From positions 80,923-144,922 of the forward strand of contig JAUWMZ010000002.1 in NCBI GenBank assembly GCA_030612885.1: a DNA stretch of 64,000 bases, written 5' to 3'. The position numbers were made by a program, and so were the translations under genes. A model generated the notes under the pieces. It searched no databases and was not told the DNA's origin. It saw only the letters and a program-made list of their open reading frames with translations. Below, piece after piece: positions 52,517 through 61,343 of this stretch (position 1 is its first letter; the number at the start of each line of letters is the position of its first letter). The stretch is from Candidatus Nealsonbacteria bacterium. Its GTDB lineage: Bacteria; Patescibacteriota; Minisyncoccia; Minisyncoccales; JAGMDC01.

Positions 52517-53779
52517 ATGAATAATCATACAGTAAAATCAATCAAAGCAAGGGAGATATTAGATTCAAGAGGTATTCCTACTATAGAAGTGGAGCTGATT
52601 ACTGACATCGGCTCTTTTTTTGCTTCTGTTCCTTCTGGAACTTCCACCGGAAAAAATGAAGCCAAAGAATTAAGAGACAAAGGAAAAAGATATCAGGGTA
52701 AAGGAGTATTAAAAGCAGTAGAGAATGTAGAAAAGATTATTTCGCCTGAATTAAAAGGAAAAGATGTTGTTCAACAAAAAGAAATTGATGAAATAATGAT
52801 TGAATTAGACGGCAGAAAAGATAAGTCAAAATTAGGAGCTAATGCTATTTTAGGAGTTTCTATGGCTATTTGCCGGGCCGGAGCTGCGGCAAATAACATA
52901 CCCTTATATCAATATATTTTTCAATTACGAGACCCAGACTCGCAACGAGTCTGGGTCTCGTTGCTTTTACCCAGACCTTGTTTTTTAATGATTGAAGGAG
53001 GGGTTCATGCTGGAAATGATTTGGATTTTCAGGAGTTTATGATTCAGCCAAGAGAAGATGGATTTTCAAAAAATCTGGAAACAGGAACAGAAATTTATCA
53101 TACACTGAAAGAGATTTTAGAAGAAGAACAAGGAAAATCATCTATAAATGTTGGTTTGGAAGGCGGTTTTACTCCTTCTTTAAGGTTCCCGGAACAAGCG
53201 CTTGACTTAATAGTTAGGGCAATAGAAAAAGCCGGCCATAAAGATAGAATAGGTATTATTTTGGACTGCGCTGCTTCGCAATTTTATAAAGATGGAAAAT
53301 ATAAGATGCAGATGGGTGTTTTTATAAGACAAGGGTTTTTAAGATATTATTCAGATTTAATTTCTAAATATCCTATTACAGGATTAGAAGATCCTTTTTC
53401 AGAAGATGACTGGCAAGGTTTTAAAGAAATAACAAAGAATGTGGATAGTAAAATTAACATTATTGGCGATGATTTATTGGTTACTAATCTTGAAAAAGTA
53501 AAGAAAGCAGTTAAAGAAAATGCCTGCAATGCAATGATTGTCAAACCGAATCAAATCGGAACTGTTTCTGAAACTTTAGAAGTGGTAAGGTATGCAAAAG
53601 AAAACAATTTTAAAATTTTTGTCAAACATCGGTCCGGAGAAACAAAAGATGATTTTATTGCTGATTTAGCTGTTGGCGTTGGCGCAGACGGAATAATGGC
53701 TGGAGCGCCTGCCCGCAGTGAACGGCTGGCAAAATATAATCGGTTATTAAAAATAGAGGAAGAAATTTTGTCAGTTTGA
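52517..53779 (+). CDS. eno: enolase (carries an 11-codon palindromic insertion)
   Basis: IKAREILDSRGIPTIEVEL, QEFMIQP, IVKPNQIGTVSET, SHRSGET-like HRSGETKD. Confidence 0.9.
   Translation: MNNHTVKSIKAREILDSRGIPTIEVELITDIGSFFASVPSGTSTGKNEAKELRDKGKRYQGKGVLKAVENVEKIISPELKGKDVVQQKEIDEIMIELDGRKDKSKLGANAILGVSMAICRAGAAANNIPLYQYIFQLRDPDSQRVWVSLLLPRPCFLMIEGGVHAGNDLDFQEFMIQPREDGFSKNLETGTEIYHTLKEILEEEQGKSSINVGLEGGFTPSLRFPEQALDLIVRAIEKAGHKDRIGIILDCAASQFYKDGKYKMQMGVFIRQGFLRYYSDLISKYPITGLEDPFSEDDWQGFKEITKNVDSKINIIGDDLLVTNLEKVKKAVKENACNAMIVKPNQIGTVSETLEVVRYAKENNFKIFVKHRSGETKDDFIADLAVGVGADGIMAGAPARSERLAKYNRLLKIEEEILSV
52928..52960. repeat. perfect 15-bp-arm palindrome in-frame inside eno
   Basis: CGAGACCCAGACTCG-CAA-CGAGTCTGGGTCTCG. 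Confidence 0.9.
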
Positions 53780-53782
53780 TAT

Positions 53783-54985
53783 ATGAAAAAAATTCTTTTG
53801 ATTATTATTGATGGTTTAGGCGACAGGCCTATTTCTCAATTAAATAACAAAACGCCTTTAGAATCTGCTCAGACGCCTAATCTGGATTTAATGGCTAAAA
53901 AGGGGATTTGCGGGTTGGTAGAAACATTTAGGTTTTCAAAAGAAAAAGTGCCTAGTTCAGAAGGCGCCCACATTGCTTTATTTGGTTATAAAGATTATTT
54001 TTTAGGACGGGGTCCTTATGAAGCAGCAGGAGTAGGAATAAAATTAAAGAAAGGAGATGTTGCTTTAAGGGTCAATTTCGGCACTATTGATAATAGTATG
54101 AAAGTTATTGATAGACGGGCAGGAAGAATAAGCAAGACAGAACTATTGATTAGAAAACTACAAGGAATAAAAATTGACAGCGTTGAATTTTTAATAAAAA
54201 AATCCTATGGCCACCGGGCTGTTTTAGTTTTACGAGGCAGGAACTTATCGCCAAGAATAAGTGACGGTGACTCCCATCAAGAAAGAGTAAGGGTAAAAAG
54301 AGTTATTCCTTTAGATGAGTCAAAACAAGCAAAATTTACAGCCGATGTTTTAAATAAATATTTAGAAACAACTCATCAAATTTTGAAAGAGCATCCTTTA
54401 AATAAAAAAATAGAAAAACAAGGAAAATTGCCGGCTAATTATCTTTTAATTAGAGGAGCAGGAATTATAAAAGAAACGCCCAGTTTCAAAAAAAGATATG
54501 GTTTAAAAGCAGCTTGTATCGCTGGCGGCACGCTTTATAAAGGAGTGGCAAAGATTATTGGCATGGATTTAATAAAAGTCAAAGGAGCAACTGGTTTGGC
54601 AGACACTAATCTTAAAACAAAGTTTTTAGCAGTTAAAAAAGCTATCAAAAAATATAATTTTATTTTCTTACACATAAAAGCCACTGATACTTTTTCTCAT
54701 GACGGTGATTTTCAAGGCAAAAAGAAATTTATTGAGAAGATCGACAAAGAAATTAAAACCTTGTTTGGGTTAAAAAATATTTTAATTGTTATTACTGCTG
54801 ACCATTCAACTTGTTGCTCTGACAAAGACCATTGTGTTGAACCAGTGCCAATTTTAATTTTTGGTAATGGCAAAAATTCAGCGAGCCGGTTTTCCGAGAA
54901 AGATTGTAAAAAAGGGAAATTGGGAAAGATAAAACAAACCAATTTAATGAAGACGATTTTAAGGATAAACAAGAATAAGAATTGA
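53783..54985 (+). CDS. apgM: cofactor-independent phosphoglycerate mutase, archaeal ApgM type
   Basis: LIIIDGLGDRP, GSEGAHIALFGY-like motif, ITADHSTCC. Confidence 0.8.
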   Translation: MKKILLIIIDGLGDRPISQLNNKTPLESAQTPNLDLMAKKGICGLVETFRFSKEKVPSSEGAHIALFGYKDYFLGRGPYEAAGVGIKLKKGDVALRVNFGTIDNSMKVIDRRAGRISKTELLIRKLQGIKIDSVEFLIKKSYGHRAVLVLRGRNLSPRISDGDSHQERVRVKRVIPLDESKQAKFTADVLNKYLETTHQILKEHPLNKKIEKQGKLPANYLLIRGAGIIKETPSFKKRYGLKAACIAGGTLYKGVAKIIGMDLIKVKGATGLADTNLKTKFLAVKKAIKKYNFIFLHIKATDTFSHDGDFQGKKKFIEKIDKEIKTLFGLKNILIVITADHSTCCSDKDHCVEPVPILIFGNGKNSASRFSEKDCKKGKLGKIKQTNLMKTILRINKNKN

Positions 54986-55008
54986 CATAATTTCATAAAA
55001 AGAATATA

Positions 55009-55794
55009 ATGCATAATATGAAAAACTTATTAGGCTCCAAAGGAGCAAGCAAAAATTTAATAGCCTTAGCAATAGCTGTTATAGGAATTTTAGTTATTGC
55101 TTCAGTGGCTTACACCAATGGATTTTTTGAAAATAACCAAAATCAGAACGAAAATGAGAATGTTTTGTCTGCTAATGAGATTTCAGAAAAAGTTATAAAT
55201 TTTATTAATGAGAATATTTTACAAGGACAAGCTAATGCTTCTTTGATTGAAATTGTGGAAGAAAATGGCTTGTATAAGGTTAAAATAAAAATAGGCGAGG
55301 AAGAATTTGATTCTTATGTTACCAAAGATGGAAAACTTTTGTTTCCCCAAGTGATTGATATTGAGAATAGTTCTTCTGTCCCTGAAGAAGAAAACGAAGA
55401 AATAGTGTCTACTATTGGTAATTTTTTAATCAGTAAAGACGAAATTTGCAGAGAAGATGGAAAACCAATTATATATTTCTTTGGATCTGAAGGCTGTCCG
55501 CATTGTGTTTGGGAGCATCCTATTATAGAAAAGGTGGCAGAAGATTTTGATGGATACATATTATTCCATAATAATATGAATTCAAGCACAGATACTGACA
55601 TATTCCAAAAATACAGCACTGGAGGCGTACCAACATTGGTTTTAGGATGCAAATATTATAGAGTTGGTTCAGGACAAAGCAATGGCGAAGAAGGGGAGTC
55701 TAATATTCTAACAGCTTTAATTTGTAAATTAACAGATGGCCAGCCATCTAATGTTTGCGAGAAGGTTCAAGATTTAATTGAGCAGATTCAATAA
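55009..55794 (+). CDS. membrane-anchored thioredoxin-fold protein
   Basis: N-terminal TM and a GCPHC active-site CxxC. Confidence 0.65.
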   Translation: MHNMKNLLGSKGASKNLIALAIAVIGILVIASVAYTNGFFENNQNQNENENVLSANEISEKVINFINENILQGQANASLIEIVEENGLYKVKIKIGEEEFDSYVTKDGKLLFPQVIDIENSSSVPEEENEEIVSTIGNFLISKDEICREDGKPIIYFFGSEGCPHCVWEHPIIEKVAEDFDGYILFHNNMNSSTDTDIFQKYSTGGVPTLVLGCKYYRVGSGQSNGEEGESNILTALICKLTDGQPSNVCEKVQDLIEQIQ

Positions 55795-55808
55795 ATTTAT
55801 ATAAAATA

Positions 55809-56669
55809 ATGTACAATATTGGCATTGATATCGGCGCTACCAATACAAAGTTTGTTTTGTTAAGCAAACTTAAAGTTGTAAAAAAAGAAAAGATTTCTAC
55901 TCCAAAGAACAAGGAAAAGCTGATTAAGCTTTTAGAGAAGAACATAAAAAATTTAATATCTGGCATACCTCAATCAAAAATTAAAGGTATTGGCATTGGA
56001 ATTCCTGGTCCCTTAGATAAAAAAAGGGATTTTATTTTAAATCCGCCTAATTTAAAACATCTTTCTAATTGTCCTTTATCTAAAATTATTCAAAAAGATT
56101 TGAATATTAGAACTGTGATGGAAAACGATGTGAATTGTTTTGTTTTAGCGGAGACAATATTGGGTTCGGCAAAAGGAGCAGAAATTGTGGCTGGTATTAC
56201 TTTAGGAACAGGAGTTGGCGGAGGAGTGATATGGAAAGGGAAATCAATTAAAGGTGCGTTTGGTTCAGCTGGTGAGTTTGGCTTTATGACAATTAAATTT
56301 GACGAAAAACACCTTGGTTTTTTAGAAGAGTATTGTTCAGAGAAGTTTTTTAATAGAAAAGGGATTTATTCAAAAGATTTAGAGGAAAAAGCAAAAAAAG
56401 GAAATAAACAGGCCTTAAAGATTTTTCAGGAATATGGAAAATACTTAGGAATTGGCATCTCTAATATTATTAATGTTTTAGACCCGGAAGCAATTGTAAT
56501 CGGAGGAGGAATTTCCAAAGCCAATAAATTTTTTATGAAATCAGCAAAAAAAGAAATTCAAAAAAGAGTTCTCTCGCCTTTGTCTAAGAAATTTGTTAAA
56601 ATAAAAATATCTAAACTTAAAGATTTTAGCGGAGCTATTGGTGCTACCCTGCTCATAGAAAATGGATAA
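55809..56669 (+). CDS. ROK-family sugar kinase (glucokinase-like)
   Basis: GIDIGATNTKF, ENDVNCFVLAE, GTGVGGG, GEFG. Confidence 0.8.
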   Translation: MYNIGIDIGATNTKFVLLSKLKVVKKEKISTPKNKEKLIKLLEKNIKNLISGIPQSKIKGIGIGIPGPLDKKRDFILNPPNLKHLSNCPLSKIIQKDLNIRTVMENDVNCFVLAETILGSAKGAEIVAGITLGTGVGGGVIWKGKSIKGAFGSAGEFGFMTIKFDEKHLGFLEEYCSEKFFNRKGIYSKDLEEKAKKGNKQALKIFQEYGKYLGIGISNIINVLDPEAIVIGGGISKANKFFMKSAKKEIQKRVLSPLSKKFVKIKISKLKDFSGAIGATLLIENG

Positions 56670-56919
56670 AAAAAATGTAAAACTTTATACTACTGATAAT
56701 TGCTCTTTTTGTTTTACTTTAAGAGAGTTTTTAAAAGAGAGCAATGTAGAATTTGAAGAAATTAGCATATCCCAAGATGAGAAAAAAAGAGATGAGTTAT
56801 TGAAAAGGCTAGAGGAGAAGGGGATATGGGGTTCTGTGCCAATTTTAGATATTAGCGGAGAACTTATTATAGGATTTGAGAGAGAAAAAATTTGTAATTT
56901 GTTAAATATAAAAGATTAG
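56662..56919 (+). CDS. glutaredoxin/NrdH-like redoxin
   Basis: 85 aa; CSFC active site; SVPIL-type motif. Confidence 0.75.
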   Translation: MDKKNVKLYTTDNCSFCFTLREFLKESNVEFEEISISQDEKKRDELLKRLEEKGIWGSVPILDISGELIIGFEREKICNLLNIKD

Positions 56920-56990
56920 CGCTCAAGAATTTAGTTTTTAGCACACGCGGATTGTCCCAAAAACTATATTCTTTCGCTTATTTTCTTAAT

Positions 56991-58001
56991 ATGACAAAAA
57001 TAGCTATAAATGGTTTTGGCCGCATAGGTCGTTCAACTTTTAAAAGGATTTTAGAAAAACATCCTGATTTAAAGATAGAAGCCATTAATGATTTAACAGA
57101 TACTAAGACCTTGGCTCATCTTTTAAAATATGATTCTGTATATGGTATTTATGAAAAAACAGTGAGAGCTGAAAATGATTCTATTGTAGTAGATGGTCAA
57201 AAAATAAAAATATTGGCTGAAAAAGAGCCAGCTAATCTTCCCTGGAAGAAGTTAGGCATAGATATTGTTTTAGAATGTACTGGTGTTTTCAGGGATTATG
57301 ATGGGGCAAAAAAACACATTAAGGCCGGTGCGAAAAAAGTAATAATTTCTGCTCCGTCTAAGACACCGGAAAAAATCCCTTCCTATGTTTTAGGAGTAAA
57401 TGAGGAAAAATATAATTCTGAAAAAGATGAGGTGATGGATATGGGTTCCTGTACTACTAATTGTCTGGCGCCAGTAGTCAAAGTTCTTAACGACAATTTT
57501 AAGATTATCAAAGGTTTTATGACTACTATTCACAGTTATACCACTGACCAGAAACTTTTAGATCTGCCTCATAAAGATTTGCGTCGGGCAAGAGCGGCTG
57601 CTTTAAATATTGTTCCTACTACTACTGGGGCGACTAAAGCTATTGGTAAAGTGATGCCAGAAGTTGAGGGGAAATTAGATGGTTTGGCAATAAGAGTTCC
57701 TACTCCAACAGTTTCTCTGGTGGATTTAATTTGTGAATTAGAGAAGAAAACAACAAAAAAAGAAGTTGATTCTTCCTTTAAAAAGGCGGCCCAAAGCAAG
57801 ACAATGAAAGGTATTTTAGATATAGAAGAGGCGCCATTGGTTTCTTCTGATTATATTGCTAATCCTTTTTCCTCTATAGTTGATGCTGATTTAACAATGG
57901 TTAAGGATAATTTAGTTAAAGTGATTTCCTGGTATGACAACGAATACGGCTATTCCTGTCGTTTAGCTGAATTCTCGGAATTTATTGGGAAAAAATTGTA
58001 A
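56991..58001 (+). CDS. gapA: glyceraldehyde-3-phosphate dehydrogenase
   Basis: INGFGRIGR, SCTTNCLAP, WYDNEYGYS. ATG 56991 is preferred over the track TTG 56952, which lies in a conserved stem-loop motif. Confidence 0.93.
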   Translation: MTKIAINGFGRIGRSTFKRILEKHPDLKIEAINDLTDTKTLAHLLKYDSVYGIYEKTVRAENDSIVVDGQKIKILAEKEPANLPWKKLGIDIVLECTGVFRDYDGAKKHIKAGAKKVIISAPSKTPEKIPSYVLGVNEEKYNSEKDEVMDMGSCTTNCLAPVVKVLNDNFKIIKGFMTTIHSYTTDQKLLDLPHKDLRRARAAALNIVPTTTGATKAIGKVMPEVEGKLDGLAIRVPTPTVSLVDLICELEKKTTKKEVDSSFKKAAQSKTMKGILDIEEAPLVSSDYIANPFSSIVDADLTMVKDNLVKVISWYDNEYGYSCRLAEFSEFIGKKL

Positions 58002-58004
58002 AAC

Positions 58005-59930
58005 ATGATTAAAAAAGGAGATATTTATTATCCGACAAAGGAAATAAAAAATAAGGCCTGGGTGAAAGACAAAAAGATTTACAAAGAGGCAGAAAAAGAC
58101 CCGATTAAGTTTTGGGAGAATTTGGCTAAGGAGATTTTTTGGTTTAATAAATGGAAGAAAGGATTTGTTCATAAACCACCATATTTTCAATGGTTTACTG
58201 AGGGCAAAATAAATATTACGTCAAATATCTTTGAACATAATTCTTTAGGATGGGAGAAAATTAAAAATAAAACAGCCATTATTTGGGAGCCAGAGCTGAT
58301 TGATGAGAAGCCAAGAATTTTAACTTATAATGAGCTTTCTGGAGAGGTTAACAAATTTGCTAATGCCTTGAAAAGGCTAGGAGTAAGAAAAGGGGACAGG
58401 GTAGGAATTTATTTGCCAATGATTCCGGAAGTAATAATCTCAATACTTGCTTGCGCTCGCATTGGCGCTATTCATGCAGTTGTTTTTTCTGCTTTTTCTC
58501 CTAATGCTTTAAAAATTCGTCTTCAAGATACTGAAGCAAAAGTTTTGATTACTGCTGATGGATACTTTAGAAGAGGGAAAATAATTGACCTAAAGAAAAA
58601 CGCTGATCAGGGAATTCAAGAAACAAAAGTGAAAAAAGTTATTATAGTAAAGAGAGCTGAAAACAAGATTAAAATGGAAAAAGAAAGAGATTTCTGGTGG
58701 CAGGATTTGGTTGAGAAAGAATCTGTTCAATGCGAGCCAAGAGTAATGGACTCAGAAGACACTTTATTTATACTTTATACGAGCGGAAGCACTGGCAAGC
58801 CGAAGGGAACAGTTCATGCCTGCGGCGGCTATACTGTTCAGGCAAAATGGACAGGTAAATGGATATTTGATTTGCACGATAATGATATAATGTGGTGCAC
58901 TGCTGATGTTGGTTGGGTGACAGGCCACACATACGGTGTTTATTCGCCATTATTGAACGGTATACCTACTCTAATTTATGAAGGTTCACCTGATTGGCCT
59001 AATCTAGATCGTTGGGCGCAAATTATTGAAAAACACAAAGTAAATATTTTCTATACTGCCCCTACTGCTGTTAGAATGTTTAAAAAATACGGTACTGAAT
59101 TTATTGAAAAGTATAAATTTGATACTTTAAGAATTTTAGGTTCAGTAGGAGAGCCAATTGATGAAGCGGCTTGGAATTGGTATTTCAAAGAGGTAGGAAA
59201 AGAAAAATGTCCCATTCTTGATACTTGGTGGCAGACAGAAACAGGCGGAATTTTAATAACTTCTTTGCCTGGCGTTGGTCCTTTTAAACCCTGTTTTACC
59301 GGTCTTCCTTTGCCAGGTTTGAAATTTGATATCTTAGATGAAAAAGGTAAGTCCCTGCCTTCAAACAAAGAAGGAAATTTAGTTCTTTTGCCTCCTTTTA
59401 CACCAGGACTTTTACGAGGCATCTATAAAAATCCTAAAAAATATTTAGAGACATATTGGAACGAGTACGGGAAAAAAGTTTACTTTACCAGCGATGCTGC
59501 CTATAAAGATAAAAACGGTTTAATCAGGATTGTTGGCAGAGTAGATGATGTGATAAAAGTGGCTGGCCATCGTTTATCTACCGGTGAGTTAGAAGATGCT
59601 ATTTCCAGAATTCCAGACATTTCTGAATGTGCCGTAATCGGTATTCCTGATGAGATAAAAGGGGAAGCGCTTTTATCTTTTGTAGTTTTAAAAAAAGAAA
59701 AATCTTTAGAGCAAGTTCAGGAGGAGATAAAAAAGCAGATAAGAAAAGAAATTGGACCCATTGCTTCAATTAAAAATGTATATTTAGTTAAAGATTTGCC
59801 AAAAACTCGCTCCGGCAAAATTATGCGTCGGATTTTAAAACGATTATTTACTAAAGAAGAGTTAGGCGATATTTCTACTTTAGCTAATCCTGAAAGCGTT
59901 AATCAAATTAAAAAAGTTATTATTCAATAG
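58005..59930 (+). CDS. acs: acetyl-CoA synthetase
   Basis: YTSGSTGKPKG, WWQTETGG, SGKIMRR. Confidence 0.93.
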   Translation: MIKKGDIYYPTKEIKNKAWVKDKKIYKEAEKDPIKFWENLAKEIFWFNKWKKGFVHKPPYFQWFTEGKINITSNIFEHNSLGWEKIKNKTAIIWEPELIDEKPRILTYNELSGEVNKFANALKRLGVRKGDRVGIYLPMIPEVIISILACARIGAIHAVVFSAFSPNALKIRLQDTEAKVLITADGYFRRGKIIDLKKNADQGIQETKVKKVIIVKRAENKIKMEKERDFWWQDLVEKESVQCEPRVMDSEDTLFILYTSGSTGKPKGTVHACGGYTVQAKWTGKWIFDLHDNDIMWCTADVGWVTGHTYGVYSPLLNGIPTLIYEGSPDWPNLDRWAQIIEKHKVNIFYTAPTAVRMFKKYGTEFIEKYKFDTLRILGSVGEPIDEAAWNWYFKEVGKEKCPILDTWWQTETGGILITSLPGVGPFKPCFTGLPLPGLKFDILDEKGKSLPSNKEGNLVLLPPFTPGLLRGIYKNPKKYLETYWNEYGKKVYFTSDAAYKDKNGLIRIVGRVDDVIKVAGHRLSTGELEDAISRIPDISECAVIGIPDEIKGEALLSFVVLKKEKSLEQVQEEIKKQIRKEIGPIASIKNVYLVKDLPKTRSGKIMRRILKRLFTKEELGDISTLANPESVNQIKKVIIQ

Positions 59931-59968
59931 AAATATCTATTATGAAAAATTTTGTAATCGCTAACTGG

Positions 59969-60000
59969 CCCCGTACAAATTCCTGCGGAATTTTACGGGG
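59969..60000. repeat. GC-rich hairpin CCCCGTACAAATTCC-TGC-GGAATTTTACGGGG in a duplicated tpiA 5' end
   Basis: 14-bp stem with a one-nt bulge. Flanked by two copies of TAATCGCTAACTGG (59956-59969 region and 60035-60048). Confidence 0.85.
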
Positions 60001-60015
60001 TAAAAAAATGAATCT

Positions 60016-60765
60016 ATGAAAAAGACATTAATAATCGCTAACTGGAAGATGAATCCTTCCAATACAACGCAAGCTAAGGTTCTTTTTGATGAAGTTGCAA
60101 AAGTATTAAAAGATGTTAAAAAAGCAAAGGTGGTTATATGCCCGCCATTTCCTTATCTATCAATTATCAATAATCAACTATCATTGATAAAACTCGGCGC
60201 GCAGGATTGTTTTTGGGAAGAAAGCGGCTCATTTACTGGTGAGATTTCTCTATCAATGTTAAAAGATCTTGGATGTAAATATGTTATTATCGGCCATTCT
60301 GAACGTAGGCAGTTTTTAAATGAAACAGATAGAATGGTAAACAAAAAAATAAAAGCAGCTTTAATTAAAAATATTAGGCCTATTTTTTGCTTCGGAGAAA
60401 GCAAAAAAGATAAAGACCAAGGAAAGACTCAGAATGTTCTAAAAAAACAATTAGAAAATGGTTTAAGAAAAATAATCAAAAGCGATGTTAAAAAAATTAT
60501 TTTTGCCTATGAACCATTATGGGCTATTGGAAGCGGTAAGCCATGTTCTCCAGAGGAAGCCAATGTTATAAGGTTGTTTATAAAAAAAATTATTACACAA
60601 AAATATTCCCGTCCAATTGCTAACGAAATTAAGATACTTTACGGTGGAAGCGTAAACAGTTCAAATGTTAAAAGTTTCATTCAGCAAGGCAGTTTTCAGG
60701 GGGTCTTAGTTGGTGGTGTCTCATTAAAACCTAAAGAATTTATTAAATTAGTGAAAAATATTTGA
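60016..60765 (+). CDS. tpiA: triosephosphate isomerase
   Basis: IANWKMN, IIGHSERR, AYEPLWAIG, YGGSV. Confidence 0.93.
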   Translation: MKKTLIIANWKMNPSNTTQAKVLFDEVAKVLKDVKKAKVVICPPFPYLSIINNQLSLIKLGAQDCFWEESGSFTGEISLSMLKDLGCKYVIIGHSERRQFLNETDRMVNKKIKAALIKNIRPIFCFGESKKDKDQGKTQNVLKKQLENGLRKIIKSDVKKIIFAYEPLWAIGSGKPCSPEEANVIRLFIKKIITQKYSRPIANEIKILYGGSVNSSNVKSFIQQGSFQGVLVGGVSLKPKEFIKLVKNI

Positions 60766-60802
60766 TTTGACTTTTTAGAAATGTTTTGTTATTATTTAAT
60801 AT

Positions 60803-61339
60803 ATGAGAAGTTTCAGTCAGGACTTGCTTAAAAACGGTTATTTTTATAATCCCAGCAAAGGGAACCTACTCCTTAATGAAGTACTTGAGGAGTTGTTTTC
60901 TTATATGAAAGAAAAACCAGAAAGATTTTATGATATTATTGTTGGCTGTGATTCTTCATCTCAAGAAGAGCCTCATTTTCCAGTGGTCTTGGTTATTTTA
61001 AGGAAAGGTGAGGGAGGAAGATTTTTCCTTAAAAAAATTAGTTATAAAGACAGAAAATTTTATAATTATCACCAAAGAATTTTAGAAGAGGTTTATCTTT
61101 CTTGTGAGTTAGCTCTATTTTTACGGGAGGACATAGAGAGAAAAGCCATGGAATTATCTGAGCAGGGATTTGATTTTTCTAATTATCAATTTCGCTACAT
61201 TCACGCTGATGTCGGAGAGAACGGTCAAACGCGCGATATGATAAAAGAAGTAATAGGGCTTATTCAGGGAAACGGTTTTGAGGCAAAAATAAAGCCAGAA
61301 TCATTTGTTGCTTCAGTGGTAGCGGATAGATTTACATAA
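60803..61339 (+). CDS. YkuK-like RNase H-fold protein (DUF458)
   Basis: FYDIIVGCDSS...PVVLVILRKGEGGRFF pattern. Confidence 0.45.
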   Translation: MRSFSQDLLKNGYFYNPSKGNLLLNEVLEELFSYMKEKPERFYDIIVGCDSSSQEEPHFPVVLVILRKGEGGRFFLKKISYKDRKFYNYHQRILEEVYLSCELALFLREDIERKAMELSEQGFDFSNYQFRYIHADVGENGQTRDMIKEVIGLIQGNGFEAKIKPESFVASVVADRFT

Positions 61340-61343
61340 AAAA

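Noticed and set aside
56932-56969. The conserved motif upstream of gapA, considered as a CggR-type operator because it contains GGGACA on the reverse strand.
   Set aside because: The spacing and repeat structure do not match the CggR operator pattern as I recall it, and no cggR-like gene is in the window. It is left as an unexplained conserved stem-loop.
56952-56990. TTG-initiated N-terminal extension of gapA (MSQKLYSFAYFLN).
   Set aside because: It is encoded by the conserved stem-loop motif that also occurs downstream of pgk. GAPDH homology begins at MTKIAINGFGRIGR (56991).
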